Positions 45,920 through 54,159 of a DNA stretch of 64,000 nt are shown here, in pieces (the first letter of the stretch is position 1; every line of letters starts with the position of its first letter). The stretch comes from a virus: positions 206,994 to 270,993 of the IMG/VR virus record IMGVR_UViG_3300045988_139374; one strand, 5' to 3'. The position numbers and the translations under genes were made by a program. The notes under the pieces were generated by a model. That model saw only the letters and a list, made by a program, of their open reading frames with translations. It made no database searches and was not told the origin of the DNA.

Positions 45920-46201
45920 ATGAATAGACTTACTTCTCTCTTTGAAGACGATATTGAGATGCAAGATGAACTAGAATCTGCTATTGGAGATATCGCTGGT
46001 GAATCTGAAGAAATGATTGCTGGTGTTATTGAAGATAGAATTTCTCCTTCTGAAGATAAGATTCACCTGTTTGAAAGTTCTCAAGAAGATGTGAATGATG
46101 ATGGATTGACTGCAGATGAAGAGCGAGAGATTGCTATTGCTCTAATGAATGAGCCTGATTCTGAAATCAGTGATCTTCTTGATGACGAAGATGATATTTA
46201 A
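45920..46201 (+). CDS. highly acidic small protein
   Basis: 93 codons with an AAGGAGGG RBS. D and E residues dominate throughout. Confidence 0.8.
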   Translation: MNRLTSLFEDDIEMQDELESAIGDIAGESEEMIAGVIEDRISPSEDKIHLFESSQEDVNDDGLTADEEREIAIALMNEPDSEISDLLDDEDDI

Positions 46202-46214
46202 AAGAAAGGAGAAT

Positions 46215-46565
46215 ATGAATATGAATCGACTAAATGAAGATGTAATCGATTGTATTAATTCTATTGAAGATCCTGAAGATTGTGCTATTCTTGGGGATGA
46301 AGATATGGAAAATGCTCTAATCGATTCTGATACTGAAGAGCTTCCTGATGATGACGATTATGAAGATACAGATGATGATATTGATCTGAATCAAGACTTC
46401 ACTGGAGATATTGCTGATCTTGATATTGAGGGTATAGATGCAGATGATATCATCGCTGCAGAAAGAGATATTGCTCATGATCCCTTTGAGGATGATGAAC
46501 TAATCGATACCGCTACTAATGGTGGAGATGACGATGATATTTTCCTAGATGATGATGAAGATTAA
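46215..46565 (+). CDS. highly acidic small protein
   Basis: The ATG at 46215 follows AAAGGAGA. 116 codons, with long D/E runs (DDDDYEDTDDDID...GGDDDDIFLDDDED). Confidence 0.75.
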   Translation: MNMNRLNEDVIDCINSIEDPEDCAILGDEDMENALIDSDTEELPDDDDYEDTDDDIDLNQDFTGDIADLDIEGIDADDIIAAERDIAHDPFEDDELIDTATNGGDDDDIFLDDDED

Positions 46566-46580
46566 GGAGGAAATACTACA

Positions 46581-48236
46581 ATGAGTGTACGTATTGCTAT
46601 TAAGCCGAAGTATCCTACTCGTAGAGCAACTGATAAAGTGCTATTCAATGAAGGTAACTTTATTGATACCATTGATGAGCATTCTACTAGACATATTCTA
46701 TCTATTCTAGATACTGCTCATGTTGCTCTCGTCTCTGAAGATGGTAAATATTATCCTGTCGATAAGGATAATTATGAGGAACAGTATAAGCTTGCCAATG
46801 CTGGTGAAACTCCTACTGTTGAAGCAGATGAAAAGTTTGGCGTTAAGAAGCTAGAAGAGTTTATTACCGCTACTGTGTCTGATGATGCAGCTAAGATTCA
46901 AAATTGTGCTATTTACAATGGTATTATTGTTGGACAGCTGCTAAAGGTTTCTAATTATCTGACTATCGATGATGAGCGTTTTACCAAGAATGGCTATTAT
47001 CTGATGTTCGATTACGATAAGACTGCTGCTGAAGCTGAAGGCTATTCTAATGCTAAGCTTCTTATGGGCGAAGAGCTTGTCGATGGTAGCAATCTGATAT
47101 ACTTTGGAGAAGATGCATCTCTTATTAGCAATACTATTATTGCTATTGAGAGTACTCTTACAGTAGATGGTAAGGCTGGTAGCTATATGGCTACTTTCAA
47201 TAATTCTCTGACTGGTAAGGTCCTTATTGCCTCTGATGATCTACCTTATGTTGCAATCGGCAATAATTCGTATGATAGTCTTGCATCTGCTATCGCAAGT
47301 GCTACTGCAGGCGATATTATTGAAATTAATAAGTCTATTCCTGTACCTAAGACTATTGCTATCACTAAGGATGTCACTATTAATATTAATAATGATGCCG
47401 TGGTTACTGTTTCTGGATATATTTGTGTCAAGAGTGGCGGTAAGCTTACTGTTACTGGCAATGGCACTATTAAGGAATCTACTCCTTATCTAGCTCCTAT
47501 CATTCTTATGAATGAGGATGAGAATAATAGTGTTAATGCTTATATTGCTGCTGGCATTACTCTATGGGGTTGGGCAGGTCTTATGTTTGATAAGAAGTCT
47601 GTCAATATCAATGCTACTTGCCATGGTACTCTAGTTGGTAACAACGATGGTTCTGATGACGGCGCAGGATTCTACTGCAATGGCAATGTTAAGGAAGGTA
47701 CCTTTAACTTTACTGGCAGCACTAAGGGAACTGTTGGACATGGTATGTATATTGCTAGTAATCTGAATAATACTATTACTGGTGCATACATTGAGGGTAC
47801 TCAAGTTGGTATTGAGGTTCGTGCTGGAAGCCTTGATATTAGTAACTCTACTGTTAAGTCTCTAAGTTCTGCTGAACCTGCTATGGCTGCTAATGGAAAC
47901 GGAACCACTGCAACTGCAGTTGGTCTGGCTGTTGCTCAGCATACTACTAAGAGAGATATGAAGGTCTCTGTTAATAATTGTACTCTGACTGGTTCTGCAG
48001 CATTTATGGAAGGTAATCCTCAGAAGAATCCTGATTGTACTAAGCAGATGAACATTGCTATTGGTGGTGAATCTGTCATGAACGGTAAGATTCTGACTCT
48101 GGATCCTGAAAATGATTGCAAGAACTTTGTATATGAGTCTCGTTGCTCTGAGAAGCCTGATGACAAGTATATTGCTAAGGGATACGAAGCAACTGAAACT
48201 TTCACTGGAACCTTTGACATTGCTAAGAAGCAGTAA
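46581..48236 (+). CDS. parallel beta-helix repeat protein (tail spike or decoration candidate)
   Basis: 551 codons with an AAGGAGGA RBS. The C-terminal half shows periodic G/N/T-rich turns (GNGTIKEST, CNGNVKEGTFNFTGSTKGTVGHGMYIASNLNNTITGAYIEGTQVGIEVRAGSLDISNSTV). Confidence 0.45.
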   Translation: MSVRIAIKPKYPTRRATDKVLFNEGNFIDTIDEHSTRHILSILDTAHVALVSEDGKYYPVDKDNYEEQYKLANAGETPTVEADEKFGVKKLEEFITATVSDDAAKIQNCAIYNGIIVGQLLKVSNYLTIDDERFTKNGYYLMFDYDKTAAEAEGYSNAKLLMGEELVDGSNLIYFGEDASLISNTIIAIESTLTVDGKAGSYMATFNNSLTGKVLIASDDLPYVAIGNNSYDSLASAIASATAGDIIEINKSIPVPKTIAITKDVTININNDAVVTVSGYICVKSGGKLTVTGNGTIKESTPYLAPIILMNEDENNSVNAYIAAGITLWGWAGLMFDKKSVNINATCHGTLVGNNDGSDDGAGFYCNGNVKEGTFNFTGSTKGTVGHGMYIASNLNNTITGAYIEGTQVGIEVRAGSLDISNSTVKSLSSAEPAMAANGNGTTATAVGLAVAQHTTKRDMKVSVNNCTLTGSAAFMEGNPQKNPDCTKQMNIAIGGESVMNGKILTLDPENDCKNFVYESRCSEKPDDKYIAKGYEATETFTGTFDIAKKQ

Positions 48237-48252
48237 TTAAGTTATAAATTTA

Positions 48253-48286
48253 AGTCATAGAGAATTGCTTCTCTATGACTTTTCTT
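48253..48286 (+). terminator. rho-independent terminator
   Basis: AGTCATAGAG pairs with CTCTATGACT, followed by TTTTCTTT. Confidence 0.8.
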
Positions 48287-48339
48287 TGTTATAGCGATAA
48301 CCTTGTAATAATCTAAAAAAAAATAAAGGAGACCTTTTA

Positions 48340-48993
48340 ATGTATAAGACTAATCTACGTGATATTAGATTTCCTACTGAGAATGCTCCTATTATTCTAC
48401 AAAAGGGTCTAATCACTAAAGACGATTTTACTCACTCTGACTGTAATGTTACGCTATATAACACTCCTTATGCAATTGCTAAGAGAATCTTTGTATGGAC
48501 TGATATTGAAGTTCTTACTAGCAAATGGACTCTGGTTGGTAATGGAGACTATAAGGCGCTTGAGAATGCATATTCCAATTTTGATATTGTAACTACAGAT
48601 GATAATACAAGTCAAGACACTCCTTCTATGGATTGCTTTACTAAGGTTGAGGAAACTGTATATGCAGAGTCTAGTGTACCTGAATCTACTCCTGAGGCTG
48701 TTGAAGAACCTATTTCTGAAGAAATTGAAGAAGCAGTAGTGGATGAACCTTCTGAAGAAATCAAGCCTGAAGCTCAGGAAGAAGAAATTGTAGAAGATTC
48801 TGTTGAAAATGAAGATACTTCTGCAGAAGAAATCATCGATCAACCTGCAGAAGAGGTAGTTGAAGAGTCTAAGCCTGTAGTTGAGGAGCAATCTACAGAG
48901 AATACTCCTGTTGCAGTTCCTGTAAATGCTCAGTTCAATAGCCAGAATTATACTCGTATTAACAATAAGAGAAATAAGCATAATCGTCGTTAA
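48340..48993 (+). CDS. hypothetical protein with acidic E/P/V-rich C-terminal half
   Basis: 217 codons with an AAAGGAGA RBS. Confidence 0.8.
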   Translation: MYKTNLRDIRFPTENAPIILQKGLITKDDFTHSDCNVTLYNTPYAIAKRIFVWTDIEVLTSKWTLVGNGDYKALENAYSNFDIVTTDDNTSQDTPSMDCFTKVEETVYAESSVPESTPEAVEEPISEEIEEAVVDEPSEEIKPEAQEEEIVEDSVENEDTSAEEIIDQPAEEVVEESKPVVEEQSTENTPVAVPVNAQFNSQNYTRINNKRNKHNRR

Positions 48994-49001
48994 AAAAATA
49001 A

Positions 49002-49038
49002 ATATCTGAGGAGCTTCATAGCCCTCAGATATTTTTAT
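49002..49038 (+). terminator. rho-independent terminator
   Basis: ATATCTGAGG pairs with CCTCAGATAT, followed by a T-run. Confidence 0.8.
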
Positions 49039-49137
49039 TGTCTTATGATATAATAATAATGATATAAATTATAATAAATAATTTAATAATTGTCATCGTA
49101 GTTTCCTTTTTATAGATTTATACTATTTATCTTATGT

Positions 49138-49323
49138 TTAATATAGATCATTTCTACTATCCTCCTCATGATAATCATCTTCTATGTCCTTTAAATAGTC
49201 ATTGTACTCTTCTCGCTGTGGTTTCAATCCTGGATACTCCTTTCCATACGTTGTCGTATCTTCACCTCCTTTCTCGTAAAAACTATTAGAAGAAAAGAGA
49301 TCAAAGAATCCGAACAAACTCAT
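49138..49323 (-). CDS. hypothetical small acidic protein
   Basis: 61 codons with an AAAGGAAG RBS on the minus strand. Confidence 0.6.
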   Translation of the reverse strand: MSLFGFFDLFSSNSFYEKGGEDTTTYGKEYPGLKPQREEYNDYLKDIEDDYHEEDSRNDLY

Positions 49324-49454
49324 TTTGCATATACTTCCTTTATTTTATTAAGATAGATTTCAACTTCTATCTCATAATTATAATATCTTATTATATAATA
49401 TAAAAATAAAACTATGGGCAAAACATCCTTATAAATTATTAAGGAGGTACTATT

Positions 49455-50519
49455 ATGGGAAATATTACAGAAGAACAAAAGATATTTTTTGATTCTATCA
49501 AGAATGCATGTATTAATGCAGGTAATAAAGCTAATATTCTTCCATCTATAATTGGTGGTATCGCTGCTCTCATTTCTAATTATGGTAACTCTGAATTCTA
49601 TAGAGAGACAAATAATCTATTCTCTATGACAGTAGATGATAGTTGGTTTGGTACATGCTATTCTGTAGATAGTAAAATTACATATGAGAATCCTCAATCA
49701 TGTGATGAAAAGAATTTTATTCTTCTTAAAGCATTTACCTCTGCAGATGAATGCATTAATCACTTCGTGGATTTTCTTACTACTGCTAGAAGATCTAAAG
49801 ATGGTCCTTTTAAGTATTCTAATATCATTGGAGATACTGACTATAAAAACGTGATTAATAAACTAAGTAGACTAGGATTTAATCATGAATTTACATACAC
49901 AACTACATCTTATTTCTTCAATACTTGCGTAGCAATTATTGAAAATAGTGGTATTTATGAATGGGATAACGAGGTTAAAGATATGTCTAGAAAGAGAATT
50001 AGAAGCAATAGAATTAATACAGAGAATGCTCAGAATAATGAAATGATTGAAGAACAGTCTCTTGAGCAAGAAGAAGCTGTTGAAGAGCAGATTTCTCATA
50101 TGTATCGTGTAAGACTGGCATGGGAAAAACCTGATACTCAGATTTTTGCAAGCCCTGATTATGAAGCTGCTAAGACTAAGGCTCTTGCACATGAAGGATA
50201 TAAGATCTACATTGATGACGATGGAGAGCTATTTGAAGATCCATGGATGAAAAAGGAAGAAGTAAAGCCTGTTGCAGTTCCTACTCCTATTCCTGGTGTA
50301 AAGGAAGTTATTCATCCTTATGAAGGTAAGATTATTAATCTTCATGATACTCCTGTTTATAGAAATGCTACTGATGAAATGTATTTCAGATGTATTTCCG
50401 GTAGATTCTATTTCTATGATTCTACTATTGTAAATGGTAGAGCAAAGATTACTGCTACACAGCATATGCCTAAGAAGAATCCTAGCTGTATTCTTGGATA
50501 TATTAATATCAATGAATAA
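49455..50519 (+). CDS. cell-wall hydrolase-like protein (GH73/FlgJ-like N-terminus, SH3-like C-terminus); endolysin candidate
   Basis: 354 codons. ILPSIIGGIAALISNYGNSEFYRETNNLFSM parallels the glucosaminidase signature AQAALESGWG.S.LA...NNLFGIK, but the catalytic Glu position reads Ser/Asn. Confidence 0.35.
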   Translation: MGNITEEQKIFFDSIKNACINAGNKANILPSIIGGIAALISNYGNSEFYRETNNLFSMTVDDSWFGTCYSVDSKITYENPQSCDEKNFILLKAFTSADECINHFVDFLTTARRSKDGPFKYSNIIGDTDYKNVINKLSRLGFNHEFTYTTTSYFFNTCVAIIENSGIYEWDNEVKDMSRKRIRSNRINTENAQNNEMIEEQSLEQEEAVEEQISHMYRVRLAWEKPDTQIFASPDYEAAKTKALAHEGYKIYIDDDGELFEDPWMKKEEVKPVAVPTPIPGVKEVIHPYEGKIINLHDTPVYRNATDEMYFRCISGRFYFYDSTIVNGRAKITATQHMPKKNPSCILGYININE

Positions 50520-50534
50520 TAGAAAGGAATTGTT

Positions 50535-51161
50535 ATGAAAAGAATTTGCTTTTATAATAACTATACAAATTTAATTCTTCCTAATAAGATTGATGTATAT
50601 CCTGTAAGTAATCTTCTTGGAGATACTGTAGAAGATATTAAATCTAAGATTAAATCCTGCGACCTATTTTGTGTATTTACACATATCCAAGATGCAGATA
50701 TTGTGGTTCCTACAGATGAAGACAAGGATATTATCCAAATGATTCTAAATAGATCTGGAAGAAAAGAAGTTGTAGATACTAGAAAAGATAGTATCTGGTA
50801 TAGTGATAACTCTGAAAAGAATATTATTATTTCTGATACATGTAATTTTCTTGCAGCAGATATTAATTCTATTCTATACAATTTTCTTAGAATGACAGAT
50901 GCTCTTAACCAGAGAAATATTAAGCCTGTAGAAATGTATATCGTGCAGAATACTAGAAATAGTGAAGTTCTTATTAAGACTCCTAATAAAGAAGAAGCTA
51001 TTTCTGTATGTGATAGGCATCCTTGCTGTGTAATTAAAACAAGAGATGGTACTATCATTTATACTTCTCGATATGGTAGAACTTCTCTTGCATCTTCTAT
51101 TCGTAGAGCAAAAGCTAAAAACTCTCAATCTAATGGAGTATTTCATATTAAGATTAGTTAA
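50535..51161 (+). CDS. hypothetical protein
   Basis: 208 codons with an AAAGGAA RBS. Confidence 0.75.
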   Translation: MKRICFYNNYTNLILPNKIDVYPVSNLLGDTVEDIKSKIKSCDLFCVFTHIQDADIVVPTDEDKDIIQMILNRSGRKEVVDTRKDSIWYSDNSEKNIIISDTCNFLAADINSILYNFLRMTDALNQRNIKPVEMYIVQNTRNSEVLIKTPNKEEAISVCDRHPCCVIKTRDGTIIYTSRYGRTSLASSIRRAKAKNSQSNGVFHIKIS

Positions 51162-51166
51162 AAATT

Positions 51167-51198
51167 TGGAGAAGGAATTAATTCCTTCTCCATTTTAT
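51167..51198. terminator. bidirectional terminator hairpin
   Basis: TGGAGAAGGAAT pairs with ATTCCTTCTCCA, between convergent genes. Confidence 0.85.
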
Positions 51199-51200
51199 AT

Positions 51201-51506
51201 TTAATTTTCTGTACTTCTACTCTGAATATTCATATACCAGTTATTCATTTTCCTCTGATCAATTGCAGGAGCTACAGATTCAGATCCTTCTTTATCAGAT
51301 TTACAAATATTAACTGTTACATTCTCTAGTTTAGACTTAATGATCTTATCATATATAGATCTTGCCAGTTTTACAGGCTTATTATTTTCTACAAAATAGA
51401 GATCATTAGTAGTGTAATCGAACATCAACTCATTATTTCTGGGTTTAGATGCTGTTTCATCTCTTAGTACTAGAGGATATCCTCCAAGTGGTTTAGGTAC
51501 ATGCAT
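51201..51506 (-). CDS. hypothetical protein
   Basis: 101 codons with an AAAGGAGGT RBS on the minus strand. Confidence 0.8.
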   Translation of the reverse strand: MHVPKPLGGYPLVLRDETASKPRNNELMFDYTTNDLYFVENNKPVKLARSIYDKIIKSKLENVTVNICKSDKEGSESVAPAIDQRKMNNWYMNIQSRSTEN

Positions 51507-51541
51507 ACTAATACCTCCTTTTATTATGAAGTTAAAATATA

Positions 51542-51580
51542 CCCCAGGAGGCGACCTATACCTCCTGGGGTTATAAAAAA
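51542..51580 (-). terminator. rho-independent terminator of 51613-52062
   Basis: CCCCAGGAGG pairs with CCTCCTGGGG. Confidence 0.8.
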
Positions 51581-51612
51581 GAGAGAAAAAGAATTAGAGA
51601 ATAGCTTGGTAA

Positions 51613-52062
51613 TTAGCGATTGGGATCATCAGTAATGAAGCTGGTATTAGTCAGGTTAACACCACGCATATTCTTCATATACTGCTTCTGAGCAACCATA
51701 GCTGCACGAGCTGCTCTGTTGCCATACTTTTCCACAATCTTAGCACGAGTCTGCTTACGAAGCAGCTGATACTTAACCAGCTTATTATACAGAGGATCCT
51801 TCTTAGCACGTGCCATCATGATTGCCGCAATAGTCTTACGGCGATTCAGGTCAGTTGCCTTAGACAGACGAACCATAGTACGCTTATTAGACAGAACCTT
51901 TGCCTCAAGCAGAGACTCGCCAACACCATTAGGAGCGCAGAACTCACGAACAGTGTTCTCACTATAATGGTGAGTCAGATCATCGACCAGGAATGCTTCA
52001 ACAAGAGCATCCATATCAATGCCGAATTCTTCATTGTAATTATTTTCAGAATAAATGCCCAT
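51613..52062 (-). CDS. basic protein with G+C-rich codon usage (abundant-protein candidate)
   Basis: 149 codons with a GAAAGGA RBS. The C-terminal half is K/R/A-rich. Confidence 0.8.
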   Translation of the reverse strand: MGIYSENNYNEEFGIDMDALVEAFLVDDLTHHYSENTVREFCAPNGVGESLLEAKVLSNKRTMVRLSKATDLNRRKTIAAIMMARAKKDPLYNKLVKYQLLRKQTRAKIVEKYGNRAARAAMVAQKQYMKNMRGVNLTNTSFITDDPNR

Positions 52063-52110
52063 GATATTAAGTCCTTTCTACATGTAGAGTTTAAATTTCA
52101 TAATGGTTAT

Positions 52111-52157
52111 GTATTATAAAAGTGATGAAATGAAATCGAGCTCTCTATTTCATTCAT
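52111..52157 (+). promoter_or_regulatory. conserved promoter (-10 GTATTATAAAAGTGA) plus 5' hairpin
   Basis: Same architecture as the other copies. The stem is TGAAATGAAAT (52126-52136) / ATTTCATTCA (52147-52156), with one bulge. Confidence 0.5.
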
Positions 52158-52275
52158 TTCCCATTATGAGTTATTATAAAATAGTTCAATTGTAATTGAT
52201 AATTTTGCATACTTTATAATAATCAATGGGAGAATATTTATCTCTCAATATACATATCTAGAAAGGACTTTTATT

Positions 52276-52761
52276 ATGAACAATTACAACGGTAAGAACA
52301 AGAACTTCAGCAACAAGCCCCGTATGACTGATGAAGCGTATGCAGCTCGTAAGGCTCAGCTCATTGAGAAGCAGACTAAGAGTCTGGACGTTATCAATGA
52401 TGCTTGCACTTTCCTGGAGAAGGCAATTGCAGATACCAATGTCCATCGTGTTTCCATGAAGTATGTTCTTGCATATCTGAATGGTGAGAAGAATTATACT
52501 GTAGATGAAACCAAGGCTATTTCTAAGACCAACGATATTCTGATTGAGCTTGCAAATGCTCGTATGAATCGTTATATTACTGATGATCGCAACAATATTC
52601 GTGTTCTGTATGTTCATGAGCGCATGAAGACCTCTTTCAAGAAGGAGCTCCATGATCGTATTGACCAGCTTCTGAAGGATCATCCTGTTCTGCTGAAGTG
52701 GAGTGATACCACTGGCGAGAACTACAAGACTGTCATGGAAGAGAAGAAGGACAATGGCTAA
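52276..52761 (+). CDS. hypothetical protein (G+C-rich codon usage)
   Basis: 161 codons with a GAAAGGA RBS. Confidence 0.8.
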   Translation: MNNYNGKNKNFSNKPRMTDEAYAARKAQLIEKQTKSLDVINDACTFLEKAIADTNVHRVSMKYVLAYLNGEKNYTVDETKAISKTNDILIELANARMNRYITDDRNNIRVLYVHERMKTSFKKELHDRIDQLLKDHPVLLKWSDTTGENYKTVMEEKKDNG

Positions 52762-53257
52762 TTATATTGAACGAGAAGATGATAATCTATCTTCTACTAA
52801 CGATACCGTTGTAAATGATTCTACAAATACAGAAGAATCTGAGTTTCTTAATAGATGGGATTGGCTACTTAGTGGATGGGATATTATGACCATTGCTGAA
52901 AAGATGCAGATCTTTATGCCATATCTCCATTATATTAATCTCAGAGACTTTCCTAAAACTGAATTTGATGCGCAGCTTAATAAAGATATTGCAGAAAATT
53001 CTTTTAAGTTGTGCAGATCTTTCAGTGGAACTTTTAAGTTCGATCCTGACCAGCAAGGTATTCCGAATATGATCATTGTCTATAATCCCGTAGACGTTGA
53101 TGCTATTCCTTATCCTTCTCTAAAGGTAAAGGTTAAAGCTTGGGGTAGAAAGTATGGCTTTTACAAGGAAACTCCTGTAATTGATAATACTATTAACTCT
53201 GGCTGTAACTGCAATCCTAAGCATGATCATTATGGTTGCTGTAACTGTAATAATTAA
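52754..53257 (+). CDS. hypothetical protein with Cys/Asn-rich C-terminal tail
   Basis: The ATG at 52754 overlaps the end of the upstream gene. 167 codons ending SGCNCNPKHDHYGCCNCNN. Confidence 0.7.
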   Translation: MANYIEREDDNLSSTNDTVVNDSTNTEESEFLNRWDWLLSGWDIMTIAEKMQIFMPYLHYINLRDFPKTEFDAQLNKDIAENSFKLCRSFSGTFKFDPDQQGIPNMIIVYNPVDVDAIPYPSLKVKVKAWGRKYGFYKETPVIDNTINSGCNCNPKHDHYGCCNCNN

Positions 53258-53270
53258 CTTGATTTGAATA

Positions 53271-53312
53271 TTAGCCCAGAGGTATAAAGTTACCTCTGGG
53301 CTAATATTTTAG
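53271..53312 (+). terminator. rho-independent terminator
   Basis: TTAGCCCAGAGGTA pairs with TACCTCTGGGCTAA. Confidence 0.85.
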
Positions 53313-53343
53313 TAATAGAAACTGAAAGGAGATATTAAATGGA

Positions 53344-53781
53344 ATGGTAAAAATGAATCAAACTGTTAATCCAAAAGAGCATAAAATCTTGATGAAGTAT
53401 CGAGATACAATGTCCAGAATAATTAAATCAGCACATCCAGAAATGGATATACGAGACATTTATGCTGGAGTTGAATATTCGATATCTAAGAGGTTCAAGA
53501 ATTTCGATCTCGTAGTACAGAATAATTACACTGGTTCTAATCCTAAGATTAGTATGCTAGAACTGGTGGATTATATTGCAAAACGAGAACCAATTCTAAC
53601 AAGTTATGGAACTATGTTTAGAAGACATGATGTAGTTCCAAATCCTATGGCAAAGGTTATTCAAAACTTCCTAGACCTCAGAAAACTTCACAAGAAAGAA
53701 ATGTTTAAATATCCTAAAGGATCAGAACAATTTGAGAAATATAATCTACTCCAGGCACTTGATAAGATAGATGTAAATGGT
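53344..53781 (+). CDS. family B DNA polymerase fragment, exon 1 (fingers, ends inside motif B)
   Basis: The exon ends ...FEKYNLLQALDKIDVNG. A GAAAGGAG RBS is upstream, and the TAA at 53782 is read here as the first three intron nucleotides. Confidence 0.65.
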
Positions 53782-54159
53782 TAACTGTATAGCCCCATTA
53801 GGCTGGAAACGGTCAAATGGTAACACCAAGAAATTGCTGGAAAGTCTTAAAGCCTAATTGCTAATATGTGTAGATATTAGAGCGAAAGCAGAAATAATAA
53901 TTAGGATGATATATGGTGATAGTAAGCCTAAGTATCTTCAACTAAAATAGATAATCAGCATCCAGCTTAGAGAAGTAATTCTCTAATAGGTTCAACGACT
54001 AATTGTAGAGCTCAAGTGAGTCTCGAAATCTGGTGTACCTAAGTCATAGAAATATGATATGGTAGTGATATAGTCTAGTATCCTAGAGATAATCTAGGGA
54101 AGTTCATTAGAGAACTGTATAAGTGAGAGATAGTATCAACGACTTATATGAATATTACG
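53782..54159 (+). other. group-I-like self-splicing intron, no ORF (boundaries inferred)
   Basis: 378 nt that split motif B, with no ORF and no RBS before 54148. Exon 1 ends in T and the intron ends in G. ATTAGGCT (53797-53804) pairs with AGCCTAAT (53851-53858), and the region is less AT-rich than its flanks. Confidence 0.55.

Noticed and set aside
54148-54159. ATG 54148 as an independent start for a separate C-terminal polymerase polypeptide
   Set aside because: There is no SD upstream. The break falls in the middle of the contiguous motif B, and removing 53782-54159 restores the motif with exact spacing.
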